Position numbers and translations under genes: made by a program. A stretch of DNA of 33,283 nucleotides, counting the filler, from Ministeria vibrans ATCC 50519 (taxonomy: Eukaryota > Protista > Filasterea), in NCBI GenBank assembly GCA_943704425.1. It is 3 parts of 3 records of this genome, joined end to end, with 100 filler letters (N's around TTAATTAATTAA, not from the genome) between each part and the next. Parts side by side here need not be neighbours in the genome. Positions count along the whole stretch, not along the records: positions 1 to 6,980 come from CALSCP010000632.1; positions 7,081 to 11,446 come from CALSCP010001924.1; positions 11,547 to 33,283 come from CALSCP010001380.1. One strand, given 5' to 3'. Under the pieces are notes generated by a model. It did no database searches and was not told where the DNA came from. It saw only the letters and a list, made by a program, of their open reading frames with translations. How positions within the stretch are numbered: position 1 is the stretch's first letter; each line of letters starts with the position of its first letter. Below are positions 1 through 14,643 of this stretch, one piece after another.

Positions 1-47
1 AAAAAAAAAAACACTACACAACACAACAAAGGCAAAAACTGAATCAC

Positions 48-209
48 CTTGCGGCTGCCTCTACAAAGGCCGAGCGAGCACGGCTCTCCTCGTCCAAGGC
101 GGCAGCCTGGGCTTCGCTCACAAAGTGTTCGGGGGACGCTTCGCGTGCGAGCGGGGCTTGTGCTGGATTTCTAAGAGAACGATGTCAGAGTCAGCGCACC
201 ACTCTCGGG

Positions 210-257
<48 letters not shown>

Positions 258-435
258 ACCTTGCGCCTCGGGGACCCTGTGGCGCGGCGTCAACCCGCCT
301 GTTGGATATGGGGCTGTCCAGGAGACGCGAGCGCTCGCTTGGGGGCTGATCCTTGGACTGACAACAGCGACGTGAGGAAACGATAATACTGCTGTGCTGG
401 GGTCAACTCACCGGCTTGCCGCAACAACATCCCAT
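48..435 (-). CDS. LAMTOR1: LAMTOR1/p18 (Ragulator anchor; Ego1/Meh1-like) candidate, 5' part. Exons 435-412, 357-260, 170-48; continues beyond the window start
   Basis: Manual splicing at GT..AG sites keeps the frame: MGCCCGKP|SKDQPPSERSRLLDSPISNRRVDAAPQGPRGA|RNPAQAPLAREASPEHFVSEAQAAALDEESRARSAFVEAAA. It has an N-terminal MGCC myristoylation/palmitoylation motif, an ExxxLL acidic dileucine signal (ERSRLL), and a DE-led helix, in the same order as animal LAMTOR1. Absent from the ORF track. The gene is well supported; the orthology is moderate. Confidence 0.6.
212..256. repeat. (GT)n/(AC)n microsatellite inside intron 2 of the LAMTOR1-like gene
   Basis: Direct sequence: gtgtgtgt run immediately after the minus-strand donor at 259. 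Confidence 0.95.
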
Positions 436-518
436 GCTGAAGAAAGTACACTATGGCTCAGTGATCAAAATAATTAAAATAATTCAATCTACAATTTTGA
501 GTTTTGACGCTGGAGTCT

Positions 519-541
519 TGAGTCAGGCGAGTGATGAGTCA
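519..541. promoter_or_regulatory. Two TGAGTCA (AP-1/Gcn4-type bZIP) motifs upstream of the LAMTOR1-like start
   Basis: TGAGTCA at 519-525 and 535-541, about 85-105 bp upstream of the ATG at 435. Function is inferred only. Confidence 0.3.
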
Positions 542-752
542 GCCATCAGAGAGAGAGAGAGCGCGCGCTGCCTCAATCATGACTGCTCTATTCGCACAAT
601 GTACATGATCGTTTTTCTATCTCTTTTGAGTTTTGACTGTTGTATGGACTATGGTCGATGGTGACAATTTGTTCTCAGAACAACACTCGTCCTTTTTAGT
701 TTGTACACACACCCCACCAACATTATACACACACTCTCTCTCTCTACTTTGT

Positions 753-1470
753 TCACTTGAGCCCCTGCATCGCCATTCCAGTCAAAATGTGCCCTTCAAG
801 CACGGGCAATGGCCACTGGGCGGCCCCCTGGCCCAACTTGAACGTACTGCAGAGTCGTGCGCGATCACACAAGGACTCCACTGCTCCATCCCACTCCTCA
901 CACGGCACCGCCTCGCCATCAATCGTCTGCTCCACCGCCGCTTCGTCAGCAGACTGTAGACTCGCAGAAGAGCCTCTTAGCAAAAGCACCCAAGCGTCCG
1001 TTGAGCTGCAAAACGAAGGGTGAGCAAATGGGCACAGCCCTACTCAAAATTCGCATCCCCGTACGCTTCGTGCACACCAAACTTGCGCAACGCCTCGCCA
1101 ATGGCCGGCTGCGGCGACAGGGCACACACCATCTCGCTGAAGATGGTTCGCGACCGCAGACTGCCTTGTGCGTCGGCAATGGCCGCTGTGGTGGCCGCCA
1201 GGCGGAGCTGCGCCACACTCAACACCTGCGAGACGAAACGCCAAAGGGAAAACGAAGAGAGCAGAAGCACGAAGGTGAGTCGCACGGCACCACGGCGTCG
1301 CACACCCCAAGGGGCTGCCCGTGTACCATTCTGGCGTCCACAATCGCCATGCACAGCTCGCCGCTGCGCATCCGCGCCACAACCGCATTCATGTTCTTCA
1401 CGTTGCGCATTAGCATCAGGGTGACGCACGCGCCCGCCGGTGCTGGTGGGTCCAAGGCAAACGTTGTCAT
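753..1470 (-). CDS. TPRKB: EKC/KEOPS complex subunit TPRKB/Cgi121, about 185 aa. Exons 1470-1327, 1225-1065, 1005-753
   Basis: Spliced product MTTFALDPPAPAGACVTLMLMRNVKN...IVDARM|VLSVAQLRLAATTA...GSLRSRTIFSEMVCALSPQPAIGEALRKFGVHEA|STDAWVLLLRG...HILTGMAMQGLK matches Cgi121 motifs (VTLLLFxxVKN; [29 protein letters not shown]). All introns are GT-AG and phase-compatible. Confidence 0.92.
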
Positions 1471-1660
1471 TTGCTAGCAGACGAATGAAAAACACTGCGG
1501 AGTGATCAGTGATCAGTGAACGAGTGAACGAGTGATCGAGTGACGGCGCATGAGTATTTATATTTTAATATTTACCACAAATCAAATCAAATGAGTAACA
1601 TCAAACATGATCAGTTGATCACATGAATGAATTCACAATAAAAAAACCTCACTTGCTTGA
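1471..1660. promoter_or_regulatory. 190-bp putative bidirectional promoter between TPRKB and GCN2, with a tandem AGTGA-core repeat
   Basis: Divergent ATGs at 1470 and 1661; 1500-1544 reads gagtgatcagtgatcagtgaacgagtgaacgagtgatcgagtgac. Confidence 0.55.
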
Positions 1661-6955
<5,295 letters not shown>

Positions 6956-6980
6956 GTATGTGTGTGTGTTTTTTTTTTTT

Positions 6981-7080
6981 NNNNNNNNNNNNNNNNNNNN
7001 NNNNNNNNNNNNNNNNNNNNNNNNTTAATTAATTAANNNNNNNNNNNNNNNNNNNNNNNNNNNNNNNNNNNNNNNNNNNN
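6981..7080. other. Artificial contig spacer N44-TTAATTAATTAA-N44
   Basis: Exactly 100 bp, with a palindromic 12-mer giving stops in all six frames; identical to the spacer at 11447-11546. Confidence 0.97.
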
Positions 7081-7189
<109 letters not shown>

Positions 7190-7207
7190 TCTGTCTGTTT
7201 TGCTTAG

Positions 7208-8795
7208 TACATTCTGCTGCACAGTCTGCCGTACAATGCGCTGCACCGTCGCATTTCGGTGTCCACCAAGAAAGTGGAGCCGCGTCATCGCGACGGCTGG
7301 GCCTTCAAGGAGATCGAGTTGGACATGCCATTTTTTGCGTACGACGAGAAGGAGCTCCAGCAGCACGGAGCCAATGTGTTTGTGTGGAAGAGCTTTGGCG
7401 ACACACACACGTCGACAGTGGTCATGTTGCACGAGAGCGAGCGTGCCGGTCGCTTTGTCGGTCGTGGCCAGACCGAGTGTGGTCTGCACACGCGCATCTC
7501 CTTTAGCGGCCTCGCCCACGGTGGTGTTCTCGTCGACCGTATGGTTGCCACCGACGAACTGGCGCACGTTGCCCAGTGCACACACACCCACGAGATGACG
7601 GCGCGTCAGACGTGCGACTTTGAGCTCATTGCCAACGGTGGCTTTTCGCCCCTTGTCGGCTTCATGACCGAGGAACAGTACAACTCCGTGCTCAACGACT
7701 GCCGTCTGCCCGAGCAAGAGCTCTTTGGGCTGGCCGTTACGCTCGACACCGACAACGACGCCATCCAGGTGGGCGACTACGTTCTCCTGACCAACAGCGA
7801 GACGGGCGCCCGCGGCGTCCTCCACGTCGAGAGCAAGTGGGCACCCGATCGCTTGCGTGAGGGCGAGCTCTGCTTTGGCACGACCAGCCTCGAACACCCC
7901 GCCGTCATGCATCTGGTCAAGGAGAAGGCGCGCTTCAACATTGGTGGACGCATCTTTGGGCGCGCCCTTCCCGAGCGTTCCTGGGTGACGTGCAAGACGC
8001 CGCGTCAAGTGCGCGCCACGCTCGACCAGTCCAAGCCCATCATTTTCTTCCAGACGAGAAATCCCACGCACCGTGCCCATGCCGCCATGTTCCTGCATGT
8101 TGCCAAGGAGTACCGTGGCGCCCAGGTCATTGTCAACCCCATCATTGGGCCGTCCAAGTCAGACGATGTGCCCGCCCAGGTGCGCGTTCAGACCTACGAG
8201 GCGCTCGCCAAGCGCCTCACTCACGTCAAGTTTATGTACCTCCCCTACAGCATGATGTAAGTGACAAGGTTTTTTTTTTTTGTTCGGGACGATACTGATG
8301 TTTTGCTTTGATTTCTTTCCTCATTTCAATAGGGTTGGCGGACCAAGAGAGTGTCTTCAACACATCATCATCCGCAAGAACTTTGGTGCCACCGGCATGA
8401 TTGTGGGGCGGGATCACGCAGGATGCAAGGATTTCTCGGGCAAGGACTTTTACGGGCCGTCCGATGCGCAGACGTTTGTGGCGCAGCACACAGACGAGCT
8501 CAAGATGGAGATGGTTCCGTTCAAGGCCATGGTCTACGCCGAAGAGATTGACGACTACGTCGAAGCCTCCGTCGCCAAGGAGCAAGGTTACACGCAGCGC
8601 AGCATCTCGGGCACCAAATTCCGCAAGGCACTGCGTGACGAAGAGGACATTCCCGACTGGTTCGCCTTCCCCGAAGTCATCGCCATCCTGCGCGACTGGG
8701 CGCGCGAGGAGAAGGCGCGCGAAGAGACAGCAAAGCTGTCGCTCAAGACAACAGAGGAGGAACAGGCGCCATCCGTTACCGTTGTGGCTGTCTAA
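7208..8795 (+). CDS. Fusion of (P)APS reductase C-terminal part (CysH/Met16/APR-B type) and ATP sulfurylase (Sat/Met3 type); 5' partial. Exons 7208-8256, 8333-8795
   Basis: One exon reads YILLHSLPYNALH...WKSFGDTHTS...ERAGRFVGRGQTECGLH (reductase motifs), then AHGGVLVDR, CDFELIANGGFSPLVGFMTEEQY, FQTRNPTHRAH. After a phase-2 GT-AG intron: GGPRECLQHIIIRKNFGATGMIVGRDHAG, ISGTKFR, IPDWFAFPEV (sulfurylase motifs). Confidence 0.93.
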
Positions 8796-9062
8796 GTCGT
8801 GTGTTGGCAAAAGTTGAATTGTGCGACGTTTTTGTCTGTCGCTTTGTGTGTGAAGTACATAACTGTGTGTGGATTTTTAACTTTGAATTATTTGGAATAA
8901 GGATTTTAAGAAGCTTCTATTATAATAATAATTATTATTATATTATTCTTTAGTGGGAGGACGTTCTTGCGCACTAAGATTCTTTCGAAACATTTCCATC
9001 TGCCCCAGTCGTTCGTTTATTCTTAATAATTTTAGGACTCATCCTTTTGAAGACTCTCAATT

Positions 9063-11446
9063 TCACACATAAGAGTCCGAAAAACCCGGGTTCAAAAAGT
9101 GGTCCTGCGGTGAAGTCTTAGAACCGTCTGGACAAGCGAGACGATCCCCCGTAGGTGCTTGAGTCTGGGGTCGAGGCATTGTCTCCAATTCCAGATCGCC
9201 TTTTTGCACTTTCCTTGATTTTGTTTGACGACAACGCCACACAACACCGAAGATGACACACACCATGACAAGAATGGCAACAATTCCGACGCTGACGCCA
9301 ATAACAACGCTGCTGGTGCTGGACCCAGTCGACAGCGCCAAGGAACCCTGGCAAAAGTCTCCAGAATAGCCAGCACTGCAGGTGCAATTGAATGCGGTAT
9401 CCCCTTTGGCTATGCATTGGCCGCCATTCAAGCAGGGGTACGACGTGCACCCGTTCTGCTGAAACACGGCAAAGGTGGTCGGACCCACGAAGTCAAAGAA
9501 GTCCTGCGCGCCCGCGTCGCGGCGACGATCACCAATTGTCACAGGCACACGCAGAGACCATGGGTCACTGCCTTGCGTAGTGTAAAGACCCGTACCTGGC
9601 AGCAACGCCGGTAGACCAAACGTTGACGTGTTGTTGAGATAAAAGTAGGGGCTCACGGCGGGTGAAGCAGGTGGACCCACATTGTTCTCGGGCAGGCCCA
9701 CCGAGTCGGGAAACAGGCCGTACTCGAACGCGACAGTCGTCGTCGTCACAATGGTCACGTTCTGACCCTGTCTAGTGGGTGAGTTTGAACTTGCAATGTG
9801 GATCGTCAATCCGGTTGACGAAGTCGGTTCAATGTCTTGGCTAACGTACGCCGCGCACAAGCGGCCACGATAGTTGGATTGTGGGGAGGGACAGATGCAC
9901 ACGAAGTAATCCACAGGAAGGAAGCGTGAGTAGTCTGGCGTCCGACAATCGCCATTGTGGCATGGATTCGTCGGCAGGCAAGGACTCGGTAAGTCGCAAA
10001 ACTCACCCACCCACTCGGTGGGGCAAGTGCACGTGCCTGTCGCCGAGTGGCATGTGGCGCCATTCATACAAGGCACTGACGTACATTGGTCGCATGTGTC
10101 GCGGAACGTGGGCAAGCCGTATGCGCATTCGCATTTGTAGGCGCCAAAGGAGCCAATGGTGTGACACGTTCCGCCGTGCTCACAGGGCGAGGAAAAACAT
10201 CCGTCGCTCATTGTGCAAGCGTCACCCCAGAAGCCCGCCGGGCAAACACAGCTGAACGAGCCAGTAGGAAATGCAGAGCGAATACAGGTGCCACCATTAG
10301 CACAAGGACTCGAATCACACGCCAAGTGTTGCACCTCACACAGCTCGCCGACAAACCCAGGAGCACAAACACACACAAATCCACCAAGAGAATTGGAGCA
10401 GAATCCGTTGTTGGCGCACGGGCTTGAGGCACACTCATCAATGTCTTCCTCGCACCATGTGCCTGTCCATGTAGCAGGGCACATGCAGCGAACCTGAGAT
10501 GACGCACCAGCAGAAACAGGAGGCAATTCCACACAGCTGCCGGCATTGTTGCACGGATTCGACACACATTTCGACATATAATAGTCACAAAAAACACCAG
10601 TGAAATGTGGATTGCAAACACACAAAAACGTTGACTGCAGATTGACACAAAGTCCGACAACGCATGGCGATGAAGAGCAATAATCGATCGCAGACTCACA
10701 GTTTGTTCCGACGAAGCCAGGAGCACAGGCACACGAGTACTCCAAAGGTTTGTCAATGCATGTCGCATAGTTCTGACACGGGCTCGACGCACACTCATCC
10801 GTCTCCGCTTCGCATGAGGTCCCGAAATATCCATGAACACAGGCGCACGCATACCCATTCACGCTGTCGCTGCACGTCCCACCGTTCACGCATGGGTTCG
10901 ACGCGCACTCGTCAACGTTCACTGCACAGGTCAAGCCAGTGAACCCAGCAGAGCAAGTACACGTGAACCCGCCGAAAACGTCAACACACACCCCGTCGTT
11001 CTGACACGGGTTTGACGCACACTCATCCGTCTCCGCTTCGCATGAGGTCCCGAAATATCCATGAACACAGGCGCACGCATACCCATTCACGCTGTCGCTG
11101 CACGTCCCACCGTTCACGCATGGGCTCGACGCGCATTCGTCAATGTTCACTGCGCAGGTCGTGCCAGTGAACCCAGCAGAGCAAGTACACGTGAACCCGC
11201 CGACAACGTCAACACACACCCCGTCGTTCTGACACGGGCTTGACGCACACTCATCCGTCTCCGCTTCGCATGAGGTCCCGAAGTATCCATGAACACAGGC
11301 GCACGCATACCCATTCACGCTGTCGCTGCACGTCCCACCGTTCGCGCATGGGTTCGACGCGCACTCGTCAATGTTCACAGCGCAGGTCGTGCCAGTGAAC
11401 CCAGCAGAGCAAGTACACGTGAACCCGCCGACAACGTCAACACACA
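9063..11446 (-). CDS. Single-pass membrane protein with at least 14 EGF-like repeats (many calcium-binding type); 5' partial
   Basis: Repeated D-E-C-x-S-x-P-C-x-N-x-G-x-C..C-x-C-xx-G-F/Y-x-G-xx-C units, a hydrophobic segment [24 protein letters not shown], and a short cytoplasmic tail ending [11 protein letters not shown]. The frame stays open up to the gap. Confidence 0.92.
10770..11446 (-). repeat. Near-identical 228-bp tandem repeat (two EGF domains per unit), about 3 copies visible
   Basis: Identical anchors recur at 10833, 11061 and 11289 (spacing 228). Confidence 0.93.
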
Positions 11447-11546
11447 NNNNNNNNNNNNNNNNNNNNNNNNNNNNNNNNNNNNNNNNNNNNTTAATTAATT
11501 AANNNNNNNNNNNNNNNNNNNNNNNNNNNNNNNNNNNNNNNNNNNN
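11447..11546. other. Artificial contig spacer N44-TTAATTAATTAA-N44
   Basis: Same structure as 6981-7080. Confidence 0.97.
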
Positions 11547-11651
<105 letters not shown>

Positions 11652-11707
11652 TATTTTATTATTAATTTTATATTAATTATTTTTATTTTCGTTTTACTTT
11701 TAATTAG

Positions 11708-13621
11708 CGCATGTTCATATCTCTTCAACGTCGCACGGGCATGCAAAACACATGGTGCGAGGCGACCATGGAGGATATTGTTGCGCAGGAGACTATTATG
11801 AACTTCACGGACATACTCACGTACCTGCTGTGGTTTGTGATGTACTTCCACAGCGGTCCCCTCGCCGACTATGTGACGACGGTGGGTGCCTTTGTGGTCC
11901 TTCCAATCTCGTATGTGGCGCCCGGTCTTGGTGTCAACAACTGCTCGTCGCTCGTGGTCACGCGTGTTCTCTTGCGTCACCGCCCTGTCACCTTCTTTTG
12001 CTTCTGTCTGCTCGTCCAGCTCACCTTCTATTTGCTCGAGAACTACTCGGAACGTCTGTCGGATCACCTGTCCGCTCGACTCGGCCGAAACACCACCTAT
12101 TTGGTGTTGCTCTTTACCATTCCGCTTCACATGATTGGTATGGTTATGGGCTCGTGGGTCGCCGTTGGCATTGCGCCGCTTGCGGACAAGGAGCCCGCGT
12201 GGGACTTGGTCACGTACCTGGCACTCGTCTTCAGCGGTCTTGTCTTCTTCTTTCTCGTCGACCTCAGCCTCATGGTTGTAAACACCCTGCGCGCCATACA
12301 AGTGCTGATCACCGAAAGCAGCACCACCATCCGTCCTTCAGACCCCAACGTGGCACCAACTCCTCACACGGCGACCGTCGCGGCGTTCCTCGACGCCTTC
12401 GTCCTTGCCAAGTACAGCTTGCCCTACCAGGTGTGCTTCCCAAACTCCACCGAGAACACGGTGCTTGTTGCAAACGACAATCATCATCACGAGGACGACC
12501 ACGACCACGACCACTACAAGGGAAGCATAGGCCACCATACCGCGACAACGTCCACTCCCAAGAAGAGCGAGACGGAATTCAATCGCAGCAGCCTCAGCAG
12601 CAGTAGTAGTAGCAGCATCAACGAATTGAGTTCCACTGGCGTCGACAAAGACGCACGTGTTGGCTCAGTCAACGGTGCTAGCGTGCTACGATCCGCGCCG
12701 ATTAATATGATTGCAAGTGTCGTCAGCGCCATGATGAACACCACGACTGCGATGGGACTTCTCGTGATGCTCTGGCTGCCCTTCCTGGCGCTCGACAATG
12801 CCAAGGCGTACGTTCGCGACATTGAGTTTGCCGCAATTTTCCGCTCCATTTCGTGGTATACACACCTCAGCGTCCTGCTCCTTGCCGTCATTCTCTATCA
12901 AGTGTACCATCGCGTTCCACGTAGCCATACGCCCCTGAAGGGCGCCGCTGCTGCTGTGTTGCTTTACGCATACGTCACCGTGGTCAACACACTCGATCCT
13001 GGCGCTCCCTCCATCCACGCGTGGTTCTCCATTGCCCTCGTTATGCTCAGCATATATCATTTGGTTGTTAACAAGTTGGAATCCATTGCAAAGCCAACAT
13101 CGATTCATCTCCCAACAATCCAGCTGAGCATCTTTCACAAGGACAGCACTCCCTTGACCCTGCGTTTGCACGAGTCCACCTTTTGCTTGTCGCAAGACCA
13201 GCAAAACTTTGACATCTCCATCGAGGCGAACCTACCCAATGTCTTGGCCGCCGTCGTCTACGGCTTCGGCAAGTTCAGCTCGCAGCGCGTCTTCGACTCC
13301 CTCGAACCGTTTGACATTGTGCTCCAGGTGCAGACGGGCACTTGCCAGCCCAACCTGGTGTTCTCCCTGCCAGATCAGTCCAAACATCAAATTATGAAGT
13401 TCTTTTGTCATCACCAAGTCGCCGACGCACTGGCCCAGCGTCTCAGTGGCTATCTTACGGGACGGCAGTCTGGCACCGTCACCTTTGACCAACTGCGGCA
13501 CCATGTCCTACACAATTTGCTTCCGCGCGCCGTCACCGCAGCCAACATTCATCAACTCGACGGGTACATCACCATCGTGGTCGATTTCATGCGCGAGGTC
13601 TTTCGGGGTGTGCTACCGTAA
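11708..13621 (+). CDS. Uncharacterised multi-pass membrane protein (large exon; probably 5' partial)
   Basis: 636-aa ORF with GC-rich codon use, preceded by an acceptor AG at 11706-11707. Two clusters of hydrophobic helices flank a His/Asp/Ser-rich loop, followed by a soluble C-terminal region. Possible donor near 13618. No family recognised. Confidence 0.7.
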   Translation, partial: RMFISLQRRTGMQNTWCEATMEDIVAQETIMNFTDILTYLLWFVMYFHSGPLADYVTTVGAFVVLPISYVAPGLGVNNCSSLVVTRVLLRHRPVTFFCFCLLVQLTFYLLENYSERLSDHLSARLGRNTTYLVLLFTIPLHMIGMVMGSWVAVGIAPLADKEPAWDLVTYLALVFSGLVFFFLVDLSLMVVNTLRAIQVLITESSTTIRPSDPNVAPTPHTATVAAFLDAFVLAKYSLPYQVCFPNSTENTVLVANDNHHHEDDHDHDHYKGSIGHHTATTSTPKKSETEFNRSSLSSSSSSSINELSSTGVDKDARVGSVNGASVLRSAPINMIASVVSAMMNTTTAMGLLVMLWLPFLALDNAKAYVRDIEFAAIFRSISWYTHLSVLLLAVILYQVYHRVPRSHTPLKGAAAAVLLYAYVTVVNTLDPGAPSIHAWFSIALVMLSIYHLVVNKLESIAKPTSIHLPTIQLSIFHKDSTPLTLRLHESTFCLSQDQQNFDISIEANLPNVLAAVVYGFGKFSSQRVFDSLEPFDIVLQVQTGTCQPNLVFSLPDQSKHQIMKFFCHHQVADALAQRLSGYLTGRQSGTVTFDQLRHHVLHNLLPRAVTAANIHQLDGYITIVVDFMREVFRGVLP

Positions 13622-14111
13622 AGTGAGTATTTTCGGAATACAACAGAAATACAACACACAATTGTATTTTTTGAATTTTGAATACTTTAATCTTTATTTC
13701 CTTTTAAGTCTTTCTCTTTAAGCACCGACGCAAGCCCTTGTTTTAATTCCTTCCTTGCGAGCGTATTGTGACGGGCAGTTTTCTGACAGCGATTGACATT
13801 CGTTTGACAGGTTTGTACTTCGTTTGTACTTTTCGTCACTTATCTATGCACCCAGTCGGCTTCCCTTGCCCGGGATGCTTCCCATACAATGTGTCTTTGT
13901 ATCTTGGACCCATACGCTTCTTGCTGCACCCTTTCTTGTCCCTTTCCACATGTGAATTGTTTTTTCTCCGTTTTTTCCCTCTGACTCTTTCCGCTTTTCT
14001 CCTTAAACCTACGGCAGCATGCCAAATGGCAATTAAAGCAGCCAGCTGTGCCTTAAATATCACTGCCTTTGCCCGCTTTGCTGTCGGCTATCTTTGTGCT
14101 GCAAATGCAAT

Positions 14112-14155
14112 TCTCGAAAAAAAAATCTCGAAAAAAAATCTCGAAAAAAAATCTC
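14112..14155. repeat. Short tandem repeat (TCTCG-A8/9) x3
   Basis: tctcgaaaaaaaaatctcgaaaaaaaatctcgaaaaaaaatctc. Confidence 0.85.
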
Positions 14156-14570
14156 TCCTCTTTTTTTTTCTTCTTTAAAACAAGCTCCTCTTGTCTCCCG
14201 CGCTGATTCGCTGATCTCAAATCTGATGTCTGTGCCTTTCTGCATGGTTGTTGATGGTGACAGCAGCGGGCAGCTCAGTGCCAATGTGTTCATTTCCCTT
14301 TTTTCGCTTTTCCTCTTCTCTCATTACTTTGGTGTTTGGACAACCCTACCCCCTCCCCTCTCAGTCTCCCTTGAGGCCTTGACCCTTCCCTCTACCCTTC
14401 CCTTGTCCAAGTTGCGTGTGACCCTTTCGTGTTTCGCAATCATTATATAATCATATAATCTTCAGAGCTGTACTATCAAACAAAACTTCAACAAAACTAT
14501 ACAAAAAAAAAAAAACAAAAAGCAGCACAATACTTCCGCCGTAGACTTTTTTATGATTATGTCTTCGGTC

Positions 14571-14601
<31 letters not shown>

Positions 14602-14643
14602 TTTCCTTCTGACACAAATGCGACATGGCAGGGCAGGTTCGCG

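Noticed and set aside
7025-7036. TTAATTAATTAA palindrome (also 11491-11502) as a transposon target or regulatory site
   Set aside because: It is centred in identical 44-N flanks and is an assembly linker with stops in all six frames
9063-11446. Calling the EGF protein Notch, Delta or Crumbs
   Set aside because: No LNR, ankyrin, DSL or laminin-G domain is visible, and the N-terminus is missing
13619-13746. TAA read-through or alternative genetic code linking ORFs
   Set aside because: TAA terminates the sulfurylase gene normally, long exons contain no in-frame TAA, and read-through did not give a continuous frame
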